Assembly: GCA_963422265.1 (NCBI GenBank)
Contig: OY729416.1
Location: forward strand, 352,001 to 416,000
Origin: Thermodesulfobacteriota bacterium
GTDB taxonomy: Bacteria; Desulfobacterota_D; UBA1144; Nemesobacterales; UBA2774
Direction: 5' to 3'
DNA length: 64,000 nucleotides
The notes beneath the pieces are model-generated. The model did not search any database, was not told where the DNA came from, and saw nothing but the letters and a program-made list of their open reading frames with translations. Both the position numbers and the translations under genes were made by a program. Position 1 is the first letter of the stretch; each line of letters begins with the position of its first letter. Of the stretch, positions 1 through 12,055 are shown piece after piece.

Positions 1-38
1 GGAACGTCTCCTAAGACTTGAAGGGTCAATAGCTTAAA

Positions 39-491
39 GTGAAAAAGGGGATTGCTAACCTTATAGCAACTTTCTTTTACGTAGGATTATCCCCTTATGT
101 GCCAGGGACTCTCGGCACTCTTGCAGCGATACCGCTTTTCTACTTACTTTCCTTCACACCTGTATATGTATACTTAGCATTCACCATATTGATAATACTA
201 ATTTCAATCTGGGCATCTAGTATAAGTGAGAGTATTTACGGAAAAACCGACCCGAGGCAAATTGTAACTGACGAAGTGTGTGGCTATCTTGTGACGATGA
301 GTTTCGTTCAACCTACGTTGACTAACATGTTGGTGGGTTTCCTGTTTTTTAGAATATTTGATATTGTAAAACCTCCTCCGGCTAAGCAAGCCGAGCGTTT
401 GCATGGTGGCTTAGGGGTTGTCTTGGACGACGTGGCAGCCGGGATATATGCAAATATAGTTATTCACCTCATGCTGAAATACGCGTTTTAG
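39..491 (+). CDS. pgpA: Phosphatidylglycerophosphatase A
   Basis: PGTLGT, D(P)xxIVxDEVxG, FRIFDIxKP and GVVLDDVAAG motifs; hydrophobic; sits before cinA-recA. Confidence 0.93.
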   Translation: MKKGIANLIATFFYVGLSPYVPGTLGTLAAIPLFYLLSFTPVYVYLAFTILIILISIWASSISESIYGKTDPRQIVTDEVCGYLVTMSFVQPTLTNMLVGFLFFRIFDIVKPPPAKQAERLHGGLGVVLDDVAAGIYANIVIHLMLKYAF

Positions 492-553
492 TGATTCTAA
501 TTTGGGAGGATTGCGTTATCGTTATATTCCTTGGTGATGAAGGACGTTGAGAA

Positions 554-1795
554 ATGAAGATTGAAATTATAACCACGGGTGATGAGCTTATGAGTGGCCT
601 TACCCAGGACAGTAATTTTCGCTGGGCGGCTGAGGTATTTTTTAGCCTCGAATTTAACGTGGAGTATCATACAACCGTTGGGGATTTAAGAGGGGCGATA
701 CTGAGCGCATTTAGAACCGCGGAGACTAGGGCGGACGTCGTTATAGTTACCGGTGGGCTTGGTCCCACGCCAGATGACCTGACGGTTGAGCTCGCTGCTG
801 AATACTTCGGCGCGTCCCTAGAATTTAACCAGGCTGTGTTTAAAACTTTGGAAGAAAGACTTATGAAGAGGGGGCGGACCGTTAATAAATCAAATAAAAA
901 ACAGGCCTATCTTCCCTCCGGTTCCGTTGTATTAAAAAATCATTGGGGTACTGCACCCGGCTTTAATTATGAGCGAGACGGAACCCTTTTTTACTTTCTT
1001 CCTGGGGTTCCTATAGAGTTTCAGTCTATGATGAGGGAATACGTTCTTCCAGACTTGGGAAGGCGCTATTGTAGAAGAGTCAAACGTTGCGCTAAATTGA
1101 TTAAGACTTTTGGGCTTCCGGAATCAGAGCTTGCAGAGATGCTAAAAGGTATTGAGCGTGAAGGGATCAGGCTCGGATATAGGTCTCATTTTCCAGAGGT
1201 TCACCTACGCGTCTCTGCCTCGTCTAGTAATGCGTCAGGTGCTCAAGAGCTTATGTCTGAGTTCGTTGACGAAATTCTGATGAGGTTAGGCGACAGCGTT
1301 TTTACGACTGAAGGAGAGTTGATAGAAGAGGTTGTTGGAAGGCTTCTTTGTGAAAACAACTTTACCCTAGCAACGGCAGAGTCCTGCACCGGTGGACTTC
1401 TCTCTCACAGGATAACCAACGTGCCGGGTAGCTCTTCTTACTTCTTGGAAAGTATAGTATCTTATAGTAATGAGTCTAAGAGTAGGGTACTCAAGGTTCC
1501 CGTGGAACTAATAGACTTGCATGGGGCGGTCAGCGCGCCAGTTGTAGAGGCAATGGCAGCGGGGGTGAGAAAACTATCCGGTGCCGATTTAGGAGTAGGT
1601 ATTTCAGGGATTGCCGGCCCTGACGGAGGAACTGTTGAAAAACCAGTTGGGACCGTGTTTATAGGTATGGACAGTGAGATCGGTCAAGCAGTTTCTCATG
1701 AGTATCTATTCCACGGAGACCGTGAGCGAATCAAGTTAATTACCGTAGAGACAGCCCTTAATTTAATTCGCAAAAATTTAATAATTAGAGTATAA
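554..1795 (+). CDS. cinA: Competence/damage-inducible protein A (MoCF-like domain + PncC NMN deamidase)
   Basis: [36 protein letters not shown] motifs. Confidence 0.95.
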   Translation: MKIEIITTGDELMSGLTQDSNFRWAAEVFFSLEFNVEYHTTVGDLRGAILSAFRTAETRADVVIVTGGLGPTPDDLTVELAAEYFGASLEFNQAVFKTLEERLMKRGRTVNKSNKKQAYLPSGSVVLKNHWGTAPGFNYERDGTLFYFLPGVPIEFQSMMREYVLPDLGRRYCRRVKRCAKLIKTFGLPESELAEMLKGIEREGIRLGYRSHFPEVHLRVSASSSNASGAQELMSEFVDEILMRLGDSVFTTEGELIEEVVGRLLCENNFTLATAESCTGGLLSHRITNVPGSSSYFLESIVSYSNESKSRVLKVPVELIDLHGAVSAPVVEAMAAGVRKLSGADLGVGISGIAGPDGGTVEKPVGTVFIGMDSEIGQAVSHEYLFHGDRERIKLITVETALNLIRKNLIIRV

Positions 1796-1811
1796 TTACA
1801 GCAATAATATA

Positions 1812-2849
1812 ATGGTAGAAACAAAAATGACAGAAGCAAAAGAAGAAAGCTCTAAAGAAAAAACGATAGATGTAGCAATCTCATCTATTGAAAAGCAGTT
1901 CGGAAAGGGTTCCATTATGAGGCTTGGAGCGGACTCTCCCTTGCCTCAGCTCTCGGTAATCCCTTCAGGGTCTATAGGTCTCGATATAGCGTTGGGCGTA
2001 GGGGGTTTTCCTAAAGGTAGAATTGTTGAAATCTACGGTCCCGAGTCTTCAGGTAAAACCACTCTTGCTCTACACGTAATAGCTGAGGCTCATAAGAAGG
2101 GTGGCATTGCTGCCTTTGTTGACGCCGAGCACGCTCTTGATCCTAGCTATGCTCAGAGGTTGGGGGTAAAGATAGATGACTTGCTTATATCACAGCCTGA
2201 CTTTGGCGAGCAGGCTCTTGAAATAGTTGATACTTTGGTAAGAAGTGGTGCCGTCGACGTTATTGTCCTTGACTCAGTGGCGGCTTTGGTGCCACGGGCT
2301 GAGATAGAAGGTGAGATGGGCGATGCCCACGTAGGACTTCAGGCGAGGTTAATGTCACAGGCGCTCAGAAAACTCACCGCGACGGTTGGTAGGTCAAACA
2401 CGTTGGTTATATTTGTTAATCAGACGAGGATGAAGATTGGGACGCTTCCTTATATGAATCCGGAGACAACTAGTGGTGGTACCGCTCTTAGGTTTTATTC
2501 CTCAGTCAGAATAGACGTGCGTAGGCTAGGTTCAATTAAAAATGGTGAAGAAGTTGCTGGAAACAGGGTTAGGGCAAGGGTAGTAAAGAATAAAGTTGCG
2601 CCTCCCTTTAGGGATGCTGAGTTTGACGTAATGTTTGGTCATGGGATTTCACAGACTGGCGAGATGATAGATTTAGGGACAAAGCTCAAGGTAGTCAAAA
2701 AGAGTGGGGCGTGGTACTCCTATGAGAATGAGAGACTCGGACAAGGACGTGAAAACGCTAGAACGTTTCTTCAGAACAATTCTGAAGTAAGAGAGCGTCT
2801 AAAAAGTGAAATTTTACTTAACCTTAAATCTACGAAAGGGAAGAAATGA
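1812..2849 (+). CDS. recA: Recombinase A
   Basis: [38 protein letters not shown]. Confidence 0.99.
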   Translation: MVETKMTEAKEESSKEKTIDVAISSIEKQFGKGSIMRLGADSPLPQLSVIPSGSIGLDIALGVGGFPKGRIVEIYGPESSGKTTLALHVIAEAHKKGGIAAFVDAEHALDPSYAQRLGVKIDDLLISQPDFGEQALEIVDTLVRSGAVDVIVLDSVAALVPRAEIEGEMGDAHVGLQARLMSQALRKLTATVGRSNTLVIFVNQTRMKIGTLPYMNPETTSGGTALRFYSSVRIDVRRLGSIKNGEEVAGNRVRARVVKNKVAPPFRDAEFDVMFGHGISQTGEMIDLGTKLKVVKKSGAWYSYENERLGQGRENARTFLQNNSEVRERLKSEILLNLKSTKGKK

Positions 2850-2955
2850 GAAGGTAGATAGCAAACAAAGCTACGACAAGTAGCATTTTCCTTTGTAAAC
2901 AGGCCTGTCGTCGCGCGATAATTCTTCCTGCCAACTTTGTATTAATAGTTATGAA

Positions 2956-3651
2956 ATGAGGATATTAGGAATAGAGACATCGACGTATTCAGGAAGCGTT
3001 GCAGTAATAGACAAAGAACAAATAAAGGGTGAATACTATTTCAGCATAGGTCCTTCCCATGCCGAGAAGCTCGTTCCTTCTGTCAATTGGCTATTGAATG
3101 ATATAGGAGTTGAAAAAACCCAGCTAGATGGAGTTGCCGTGTCGGTCGGTCCCGGTTCATTCACGTCCCTTAGAGTAGGGGTTTCTGTAGCCAAGGGCAT
3201 ATCTTACTCTTTGGGTATTCCCGTTGCGGGGTTTTCTTCTCTTGAGGTGCTGGCTATGAATGCACCTTTCTTTCAATGCAACGTATGCCCGGTGATTGAC
3301 GCTAAGAGAGGAGAGGTTTTCTGCGCTCTTTTCAATTCGCGTGCTGGGAAGCTAGAAAGAGCAACTCCAGATTTAATTTGTAACATTAAAAATTTGACAG
3401 AATTTATCAATACGAAGACAGCGTTTGTTGGCGAGGGAGCTTTACTTTATAGAGATTTTCTGGAAGATAGTTTAGGGGATTGTAGAATATATGATTCATT
3501 GAATTTGAATTTTCCCAGGGCTTCAATGCTTTGCGTATTGGCAACTCACAAATTTCGGAGTGGATACGAGGGCGATCCATATAAACTCATGCCAAACTAT
3601 ATAAGGCAATCTAACGCAGAAATTCAAAAAAGGAGAAGTCTGAATGGATAG
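2956..3651 (+). CDS. tsaB: tRNA threonylcarbamoyladenosine biosynthesis protein TsaB
   Basis: ILGIETS, GPGSFTSLRVG, IDAKRGEV. Confidence 0.95.
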   Translation: MRILGIETSTYSGSVAVIDKEQIKGEYYFSIGPSHAEKLVPSVNWLLNDIGVEKTQLDGVAVSVGPGSFTSLRVGVSVAKGISYSLGIPVAGFSSLEVLAMNAPFFQCNVCPVIDAKRGEVFCALFNSRAGKLERATPDLICNIKNLTEFINTKTAFVGEGALLYRDFLEDSLGDCRIYDSLNLNFPRASMLCVLATHKFRSGYEGDPYKLMPNYIRQSNAEIQKRRSLNG

Positions 3652-3856
3652 AGAAGAAAAGATTGGCAATTTGCTTGTGGGTGACGAGGAGTTCAAGAAA
3701 ATATACTACGAGCACAGGGAGCTTGACGAGGTTATAAGAAATTTGGAAGTCAAGGGATCTTTGACCTTAAATGATGAACTAGAGGTTAAAAAGTTAAAAA
3801 AAATAAAGCTTTCGCTCAAAGATAGATTGGAAGCTAAGCTAAGTGGAGGCAGGTAA
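3644..3856 (+). CDS. Small DUF465/YdcH-like coiled-coil protein
   Basis: EHRELDxxI...LKKxKLxLKD pattern; SD aggag upstream; overlaps tsaB stop. Confidence 0.75.
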   Translation: MDREEKIGNLLVGDEEFKKIYYEHRELDEVIRNLEVKGSLTLNDELEVKKLKKIKLSLKDRLEAKLSGGR

Positions 3857-3901
3857 TTTGCTTGCACCTAAAGTTCACGAACCTTATGGGGGTGCTTTAT
3901 A

Positions 3902-5605
3902 ATGGCGAGAATGATTGGCGCGGCGATGTTTTTTGAAACTCTTTTAGATCAGGGTATTGATGTTGTATTCGGTCTTCCTGGTGGTTACGTGCTTAAGGTG
4001 TACGATGTGATGCCACAATATACTGATAGAATAAAGCATGTTCTCGCCAGGCACGAGCAGGGAGCTACTCACATGGCGGATGGATACGCCAGAGCATCAG
4101 GTAAACCGGGCGTGGTGCTTTGCACGTCAGGACCTGCAGCGACAAACACGGTAACAGGTATTGCCACCGCTCAAATGGATTCTTCTCCTATAGTTGTTTT
4201 CACCGGTCAGGTGCCGCTTCCCTATTTGGGTAGCGACGCGTTTCAAGAAGCAGACCATATCGGAATAACGCGTCCATGTACAAAACATAATTATTTGGTA
4301 AGAAAGTCAAAAGATCTTCCGCGGGTAATGAAAGAGGCATTTCATATTGCCGGAACGGGCAGGCCTAGCCCAGTGCTTGTTGACATGCCAAAGGACGTTA
4401 TACTGGAGGAAGATGAACTTGTAATTCCTGATGAGATAAATTTGCGTGGCTATAAACCTCCTACCAAGGGTGATCCTAAACAGGTTAAGAAAGCGGCGGA
4501 AATGATTCTTGAAGCTAAACGTCCCCTTATTTTCGGTGGGGGGGGGCTAATATGGTCAGGGGCATCTGAAGAGCTTAAAGAATTTGCTCACCGTCTTGAA
4601 ATTCCAGTTACATCGACTCTCATGGGTTTAGGGGCATATCCGGCTAACGACCCGCTTTTTATACATATGCTTGGTATGCACGGTTCTTATGCGGCGAACA
4701 TGGCGGTTCACGATAGCGATCTTGTAATCTCCATAGGGGCGAGGTTTGATGATAGGGCTACTGGTGGCAACTTTGAAAAGTTTGCTCCAAAAGCGAAGAT
4801 TATTCATATTGATATAGATCCGGCTACGATTGATAAGAACATTGTTGTTCACTGCCCAATTGTGGGCGATGCTAAACAAGTAATTAGGCAATTATTAGAC
4901 GTTATTCCCTCGACAATTGATAAAGACAGAAAACCATGGCTTGCCCAGATTGAGGAATGGGATCGGCAGCAGCCAATGAGTTATAACCAGAACGGAGATA
5001 AAATTTTAACGACTTTTGTAATAGATACCCTTAATAGAATTACCGATGACGACGCTATTATTGTAAGCGACGTCGGACAGCACCAGATGTGGGTCGCTCA
5101 GTTTTACAAATTCAACTATCCCAGAACTCATATTACTTCGGGGGGGCTTGGAACTATGGGGTTTGGTTTTCCTGCTGCAATGGGAGCTAAATTCGCAAAG
5201 CCTGACAAACAAGTAGTTTGCGTATGTGGGGATGGAAGTTTCCAAATGAATATGCAGGAGCTTGCGACGGCGGTTGAAAACCGTATGGATATAAAAATCT
5301 TGCTCCTTAACAACAGACATCACGGAATGGTTAGGCAGTGGCAGACTATGTTCTTTAATAGTAATTATTCAGCTTCTTATTTTGAGGTTCTTCCCGATTT
5401 TGTTATGCTAGCTAAATCATTTGGAGCCAAAGGACTGAGGGCTGAGAGACCAGAAGAGCTTGAAGCTACGCTAAGGGAAGGGCTTTCCACTGAAGGGGTA
5501 GTGCTCATGGAGGTTTTAGTTGATTGCGAAGAGCTTGTTTATCCCATGATAGCTCCGGGCGGCGCGATGAACGAGATGATACTCGGAGCTGCGGACATGG
5601 CGTAA
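3902..5605 (+). CDS. ilvB: Acetolactate synthase large subunit
   Basis: RHEQGA, TSGPAATN, DVGQHQMW, SGGLGTMG, GDGSFQMN. Confidence 0.97.
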   Translation: MARMIGAAMFFETLLDQGIDVVFGLPGGYVLKVYDVMPQYTDRIKHVLARHEQGATHMADGYARASGKPGVVLCTSGPAATNTVTGIATAQMDSSPIVVFTGQVPLPYLGSDAFQEADHIGITRPCTKHNYLVRKSKDLPRVMKEAFHIAGTGRPSPVLVDMPKDVILEEDELVIPDEINLRGYKPPTKGDPKQVKKAAEMILEAKRPLIFGGGGLIWSGASEELKEFAHRLEIPVTSTLMGLGAYPANDPLFIHMLGMHGSYAANMAVHDSDLVISIGARFDDRATGGNFEKFAPKAKIIHIDIDPATIDKNIVVHCPIVGDAKQVIRQLLDVIPSTIDKDRKPWLAQIEEWDRQQPMSYNQNGDKILTTFVIDTLNRITDDDAIIVSDVGQHQMWVAQFYKFNYPRTHITSGGLGTMGFGFPAAMGAKFAKPDKQVVCVCGDGSFQMNMQELATAVENRMDIKILLLNNRHHGMVRQWQTMFFNSNYSASYFEVLPDFVMLAKSFGAKGLRAERPEELEATLREGLSTEGVVLMEVLVDCEELVYPMIAPGGAMNEMILGAADMA

Positions 5606-5711
5606 CTGGATAAGTTAAGTTCGGCAAGTGGGATCAGTTTTTAATACCAAGTTTATTTCCCCACTTAATAAAGTTGGGCGTTAACCGATGAATTGTGGAG
5701 GCATATAATAA

Positions 5712-7241
<1,530 letters not shown>

Positions 7242-7242
<1 letters not shown>

Positions 7243-7931
7243 TGCGTGAGAGAGGACGGAGTCCTGTAGCTTCTGAAGGCTTTATCTTTATATGTATCTT
7301 TGCTTTCTTAGCGTGGTTTTCGGCTATTCTGGGTTTTACAATCTTTTCTTGTGCTTTTGCCCTACTTTGCGTTCTAAATATTTTTTTCTTTCGTGACCCC
7401 GAGAGAGACGTCCCTCAGGATAAAGATTCTTTAGTCTCACCTGCCGATGGAAGAGTCATACTTATTAAAGATGCTTACGAGAAAGATTTTCTTCACGCTA
7501 AGTTATTAAAGGTGAGCATATCCCTTGCGCTCTATGATTGTCACGTTAACAGAGCACCTATGGATGGTAGGGTACTCAGCACAAAATATACGCCCGGGAG
7601 CTTCAATATCGCAAATATGCCTGAGTGGTTCTACTTCGGGAATATCAAAAAAGCTTCGGAGAATAACGAGAGGCTCTCCACGTTAATTGAAGGTAAGAAT
7701 GGGGAAAACTTAGTAATATCTCAGGTAGCGGGCTTTCTAGCTAGGAGAATAGTCTCTTATGCTGAAGGCGGAGCAGAATTAAAAAAAGGTGAGAGATACG
7801 GTATTATTAAGTTTGGTTCGCGCGTGGATGTTTACCTACCCGTAGAATACGTTATAGAGGTAGAAGTAGGTAGCAGGGTAAAAGCGGGTGAAACAGTGAT
7901 AGCTAGGCTTAAAGAGCATAAATATGACTAG
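7242..7931 (+). CDS. psd: Phosphatidylserine decarboxylase proenzyme
   Basis: FFRDPER, SPADG, HVNRAP, FGSRVD self-cleavage motif. Confidence 0.95.
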
Positions 7932-8733
7932 GAGACGATCTAAGCGTGAAAAGGTAATACCTTTTATCCCTAACGTATTCACTACGGGTAATTTGTTATT
8001 TGGATTACTGTCAGTAGTAACCTCAATGCACATTCTTGCTGCGAGCTCTTCGGGAGGGGCGTCTTCCGAGTGGCTTTTTAAGAAATACTGGTGGGCTTCC
8101 GTATTTATTGTAGTGGCAGCCTTTTTCGATACTATGGATGGAACGCTCGCAAGGTTATTTAAACATGAAAGCAGATTCGGTCTTTCTTATGACTCGCTTT
8201 CAGACCTTGTCTCATTTGGCGTGGCTCCCGTCGTCCTTATATACGTATGGGTTTTGATGGAAGCTGAGAAGCTCGGTCTGATGGTACTTCTTATCTACGC
8301 GGTATGCACTGCCCTCAGGCTTGCGCGCTTCAACGTTCAATCTGGCAGCGTTGAAAAGCATGAGTTTTCTGGACTTCCGAGTCCGTGGGCGGCGGGTCTT
8401 ATGATTTCTCCTGTGATGCTACTTAGCGAGCTTCAGATATTTCCCGATGAAAGAATGATGTGGTTTTATCTTTTTGAAGCTCCTTTTATAGGTCTTCTTA
8501 TGGTGAGTAGCGTAAAGTATGTGAAGTTTCCAAAGGTCGATATGGGAACGCCTTTTAACGCCCTCGTTCTGGTGGCGATATCTTTTGCAACTGTAGCAAC
8601 TAACCCCGAGATAGTTTTTATTTCCGTCGTGTATATATATGCTATAGGTGGATTAGCGGTTTATATATACAACTATACAAGGGGCAAAACGAAAATATCA
8701 GATGGAGTAGAGACTACAGAAGGTGGTAGCTAG
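7924..8733 (+). CDS. pssA: CDP-diacylglycerol-serine O-phosphatidyltransferase
   Basis: PNxxT, DxxDGxxAR...G..DSLSDxxSFGVAP, LRLARFN. Confidence 0.95.
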   Translation: MTRRRSKREKVIPFIPNVFTTGNLLFGLLSVVTSMHILAASSSGGASSEWLFKKYWWASVFIVVAAFFDTMDGTLARLFKHESRFGLSYDSLSDLVSFGVAPVVLIYVWVLMEAEKLGLMVLLIYAVCTALRLARFNVQSGSVEKHEFSGLPSPWAAGLMISPVMLLSELQIFPDERMMWFYLFEAPFIGLLMVSSVKYVKFPKVDMGTPFNALVLVAISFATVATNPEIVFISVVYIYAIGGLAVYIYNYTRGKTKISDGVETTEGGS

Positions 8734-10273
8734 CTGGTGCTGGGCGTATTATATCTGCTATCAAATTGTTGCTGAGCTCTATGGCTGCGTTCTCATCGGA
8801 TTTGGCTATTTCAATAACCCTGTGGACTTCACCATCATCTATAAGATCAAGTTGTTTCTGGCTCGGGCACATACATTCATTGAGGTCACCGGGTTCGAAT
8901 TTATCCAAACCTGACCCATAACTCCGTTTGTTCGTTTTAGCTATAGACTGGCCGATGTCACTAATTAAATACATAAACAATTTATCAATATATTGCTCAC
9001 CAAACATATTAGGGTAAAAGGAATGATAACATGAGAAGTTAATTACCGTTGTCATGTTTCTAATAACTTTTAATCTCCCTCTATTAAAAACGCCTACAAG
9101 TATTGGCGCCGGTTTTCTGTACTCAATACTGTACCAAGGTTCTCTGCTCTTAGTCAGGTATCTTTTATGAAATCCTTTTTCTTCTCCTAGCTCTATATAA
9201 GACATTACGCCTTTTCTGTTGTGCTCTTGCACGTCAAGACAATACACGGGTTTATTATCATTTGATAAGATGTCAAAGTCTTCCTCGGTGAAGACTATTT
9301 TTTTAACTTGAGCACTTTTCGTGATGCACTTAGAAATGTTCTTCTGTGTAAGATCATATTCTCTGATAGATGGCAATGTAAGTGAAAAAAACTCGTTTGC
9401 ACCAGTTGCTAATCCTCTCTTAAATGAACCGTATAGTGAGAATCTACAGAACTCGTCCGGAATATGCTGACCTTTGTACAGTGCCGTTATAATCGGGGTC
9501 CATTTTTTATCAAATGGTAAAGCTGAACGAACTAACCTATGGTCGTAGTTTTGTTCTATATTCATCTCAGCGTTTAACCTATCATTGCTATCGATCAAGG
9601 TTATTTTTATAGACTCTTCTTTCTTGCTATTTTCACAAAGCAGAATACAAACCGTAGTCGTGGCATCAGGAAATACCTCTTCCTCGTTGCCGAAGATAAT
9701 GATTTGCTTCAAAAGATTGTTGTTAAGTAGGCTTTTCTTGATTTCCTTACCATATCCCGTATTAAAGAACTCAAAAGGCATGATAAAAGCTAGGCGACCG
9801 TTCTCTTTCAGCTCTTGAAGTGCTTTTACAAGAAATACTGACGAAATATTTGAGTATCCAACGAGCTTTTTTCCAATCTTGCCTTCAATTTTTGCTAAGA
9901 TATTATGCCTGTTAAGAAATTTCTGGAATCTCATATATGGCGGATTACATATAATCGCATCAAATTTCCCATTATCTGCTTCTAAGTAGTCATTATTTAT
10001 AATGTTGAGGTTGTTTGAGGACATGTATTCTGAAAAAGATAGGATGTTCTCGTCGATTTCATAAGCGGTGTATTTTATCTTCGTTGGATTAATTGTCTTT
10101 GATATAGCTTCATAAAATATGCCTAAGCCAAATGAGGGGTCCAGAATGGATGTAGGTCTTATCTTGCAAACCCAAGATGCCATAGCCCTGGCAATAGGGG
10201 CCGGTGTAAAAAATTGACCAAATTCCTTCCTATAATCGATGGGTGTAGCCGATATATATTCTGCTTCACGCAT
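8714..10273 (-). CDS. Type II N6-adenine DNA methyltransferase (gamma class, M.AccI-like)
   Basis: GQFFTP, DPSFGLG (motif I), NPPY (motif IV); coupled to the upstream REase. Confidence 0.88.
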   Translation of the reverse strand: MREAEYISATPIDYRKEFGQFFTPAPIARAMASWVCKIRPTSILDPSFGLGIFYEAISKTINPTKIKYTAYEIDENILSFSEYMSSNNLNIINNDYLEADNGKFDAIICNPPYMRFQKFLNRHNILAKIEGKIGKKLVGYSNISSVFLVKALQELKENGRLAFIMPFEFFNTGYGKEIKKSLLNNNLLKQIIIFGNEEEVFPDATTTVCILLCENSKKEESIKITLIDSNDRLNAEMNIEQNYDHRLVRSALPFDKKWTPIITALYKGQHIPDEFCRFSLYGSFKRGLATGANEFFSLTLPSIREYDLTQKNISKCITKSAQVKKIVFTEEDFDILSNDNKPVYCLDVQEHNRKGVMSYIELGEEKGFHKRYLTKSREPWYSIEYRKPAPILVGVFNRGRLKVIRNMTTVINFSCYHSFYPNMFGEQYIDKLFMYLISDIGQSIAKTNKRSYGSGLDKFEPGDLNECMCPSQKQLDLIDDGEVHRVIEIAKSDENAAIELSNNLIADIIRPAPASYHLL

Positions 10274-11324
10274 TTACAATATCTCTCATGAATACTTCTT
10301 CATCTAAATACCCTTTTCCACCTTCAAAAGTTACGTAGAACAGCAATCGTCCGCGATCTAGTTCCTTCATTGATGATGCGTGCTCTGGCATATCAATTTT
10401 ACCGAGAACCTCTTTACCAATTTTCACATTGACTTTTATCGTGGTTTTGCCCTGATTTTTTACGTCTCGCTCAATAGAAAAATTTGTTTCTTCATTGTTA
10501 TCATCAGAAACTAATTCTAAGATATTCTTAAAAGAGATTATATATGCTTTATCAAAGAATACCTGCAGGTAGAAATGTCTAACGTTATAAGTTTGAATCC
10601 ATCGGTTAACCAAGGCGATGTCTTCTAGTTTTGGCGTAATGCTAAGGTAGTCACGTTTGTGTAGCGTCTTTATGTTTGCTTTTAATTTTCTTAACTCCTC
10701 TTTCAATTCTCTGAGTTGTTGTGTCAGCGACCATGAAGGCAGTCTAAAATCAATATCTCTGAACGTTTGTTCAGTGGCGCCTAATAGCATCTCATAAATT
10801 GCCCCACTCTTTCTTTTAAGAATTTGTCCAAATTCACTATTAAGGATATTGCCTTGTATTTCTTTACATTTGGTTAAAGCTGACTCCTGTCTGTTTTGCA
10901 TAAATGAGGCATATTTTTCTACAAGAAAAGAGCTAGACCGCACTTCTAATGCGGCTACTGCACGTCTGACTTTCTTATCGTTTTCTATATCAACTTGTTT
11001 ACTTGGAAAATCATTGACTCTGAAAATTAATAGATCAGGTCTTTTTCCAATGGTGTTTAGCTCTTTCTGATACCTAGAATAAAACTCTGCAAATCCCTTG
11101 TCACCTGCTGCTATGGATTCTGCCCTGCCATACTTGACAGAGAAATAATCGGTAGAGTTTTCATTTATAGCTTTATGGATTATATTCTCCGCCCAATCGC
11201 CTTGTTCTTTATTAGTAAGAAATTCAGAGCTAGCCATAGTAGGTGGGCGGTCTTTCATCTCGATCTCGGTATCTATCTCGAGAGGAGACTCTACAATTAG
11301 TTCTTGAATCTTATCCTTGTACAT
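10266..11324 (-). CDS. AccI-family type II restriction endonuclease
   Basis: SSEFLTNKEQGDWAE, GKRPDLL, EVRSS and SITPKxED segments recognised as AccI-family; paired with MTase. Confidence 0.8.
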   Translation of the reverse strand: MYKDKIQELIVESPLEIDTEIEMKDRPPTMASSEFLTNKEQGDWAENIIHKAINENSTDYFSVKYGRAESIAAGDKGFAEFYSRYQKELNTIGKRPDLLIFRVNDFPSKQVDIENDKKVRRAVAALEVRSSSFLVEKYASFMQNRQESALTKCKEIQGNILNSEFGQILKRKSGAIYEMLLGATEQTFRDIDFRLPSWSLTQQLRELKEELRKLKANIKTLHKRDYLSITPKLEDIALVNRWIQTYNVRHFYLQVFFDKAYIISFKNILELVSDDNNEETNFSIERDVKNQGKTTIKVNVKIGKEVLGKIDMPEHASSMKELDRGRLLFYVTFEGGKGYLDEEVFMRDIVNA

Positions 11325-11341
11325 ACGTTTTTTTGCTTACC

Positions 11342-11549
11342 CTATGGCTTCTTTTCATACATAGTCAACCCGACGCGCTGTATATGATCAATCCGCTGAT
11401 ATCCCGCAATATGGATAGGTCAATATCGGAGCCATTTTTATAGGCGCCTTTGGCATGGGAGTCATATAAAACTGCTTTTTCCACTTGTGGGTAACAGGAA
11501 ATACTGAGCGTATTTTTTGAATAGCATGTTTTGGTAAACCGTATTTCAT
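11342..11549 (-). pseudogene. MNT (minimal nucleotidyltransferase) antitoxin remnant
   Basis: Manual translation MKYGLPKHAIQKIRSVF / CYPQVEKAVLYDSHAKGAYKNGSDIDLSILRDIS / IDHIQRVGLTMYEKKP*; two frameshifts, GS changed to DS, internal deletion. Confidence 0.85.
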
Positions 11550-11972
11550 GCCGATTTCTCCTGCTTCAGTCTCTCTAGTTCGGTTTGCAACGCCTGGAAT
11601 CCTATAAAGTATCTGTCAAGAATTGCCGTAATAAACTGGGAAGCGGTAGCTTCATTATTAGGTGTGCGAGGTCAGGTTGCGGCTTTGGATCATATCCATC
11701 TATTCTTCACCATTTTCAATCAAGCCCGCCTTGAAAGCGGCCCGCGTCGTGTCCCTTGACCCTTATAGATTCTGCACGCCGCTCTCTCCAAGAAAGTCTT
11801 TCAAGGTGCTCCATGCTAACTCATGCGTATATTCAAAACCTTGTATCAAACTCTGTGCTTTCAGCTTTAAGGGTTGGTGGTGCTTCCCTAGTTTTACTGC
11901 CTCTTTCAGTTGGGAAAAAACCTTATGTAAATGGTTTGACCTTTGAATCCGGCGGATGTCTTGGCTACTCAT
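11546..11972 (-). pseudogene. HEPN toxin (HI0074-type nucleotidyltransferase substrate-binding) remnant
   Basis: ...FEYTHELAW.TLKDFL...QNL*GSRDTTRAAFKAGLIENGEE*MDMIQSRNLTSHT/ NEATA...; RxxxxH motif; two nonsense codons and one frameshift; ATGA overlap with MNT. Confidence 0.88.
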
Positions 11973-12026
11973 AATAGAACTCTATTTCTTAGATGGATAC
12001 GACAGATTCGAACAGTATCGATCAGT

Positions 12027-12055
12027 ATTATAAAAAGAAAGTTCACCAGCGTCAA
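12027..12055 (-). promoter_or_regulatory. Sigma70-type promoter TTGACG-N17-TATAAT reading into HEPN-MNT-REase-MTase
   Basis: Near-consensus hexamers at 17-bp spacing on the minus strand, about 55 bp upstream of the HEPN ATG. Confidence 0.7.

Noticed and set aside
1-37. 3' end of an upstream CDS (ERLLRLEGSIA*)
   Set aside because: Too short to identify
1741-1811. LexA/SOS box upstream of recA
   Set aside because: Only TATAAT-like elements seen; no LexA palindrome that I can recognise
5626-5666. AAGTGGG/CCCACTT inverted repeat between ilvB and ilvN as an attenuator or riboswitch
   Set aside because: 7-bp stem with a long loop, no leader peptide, and it lies inside the operon
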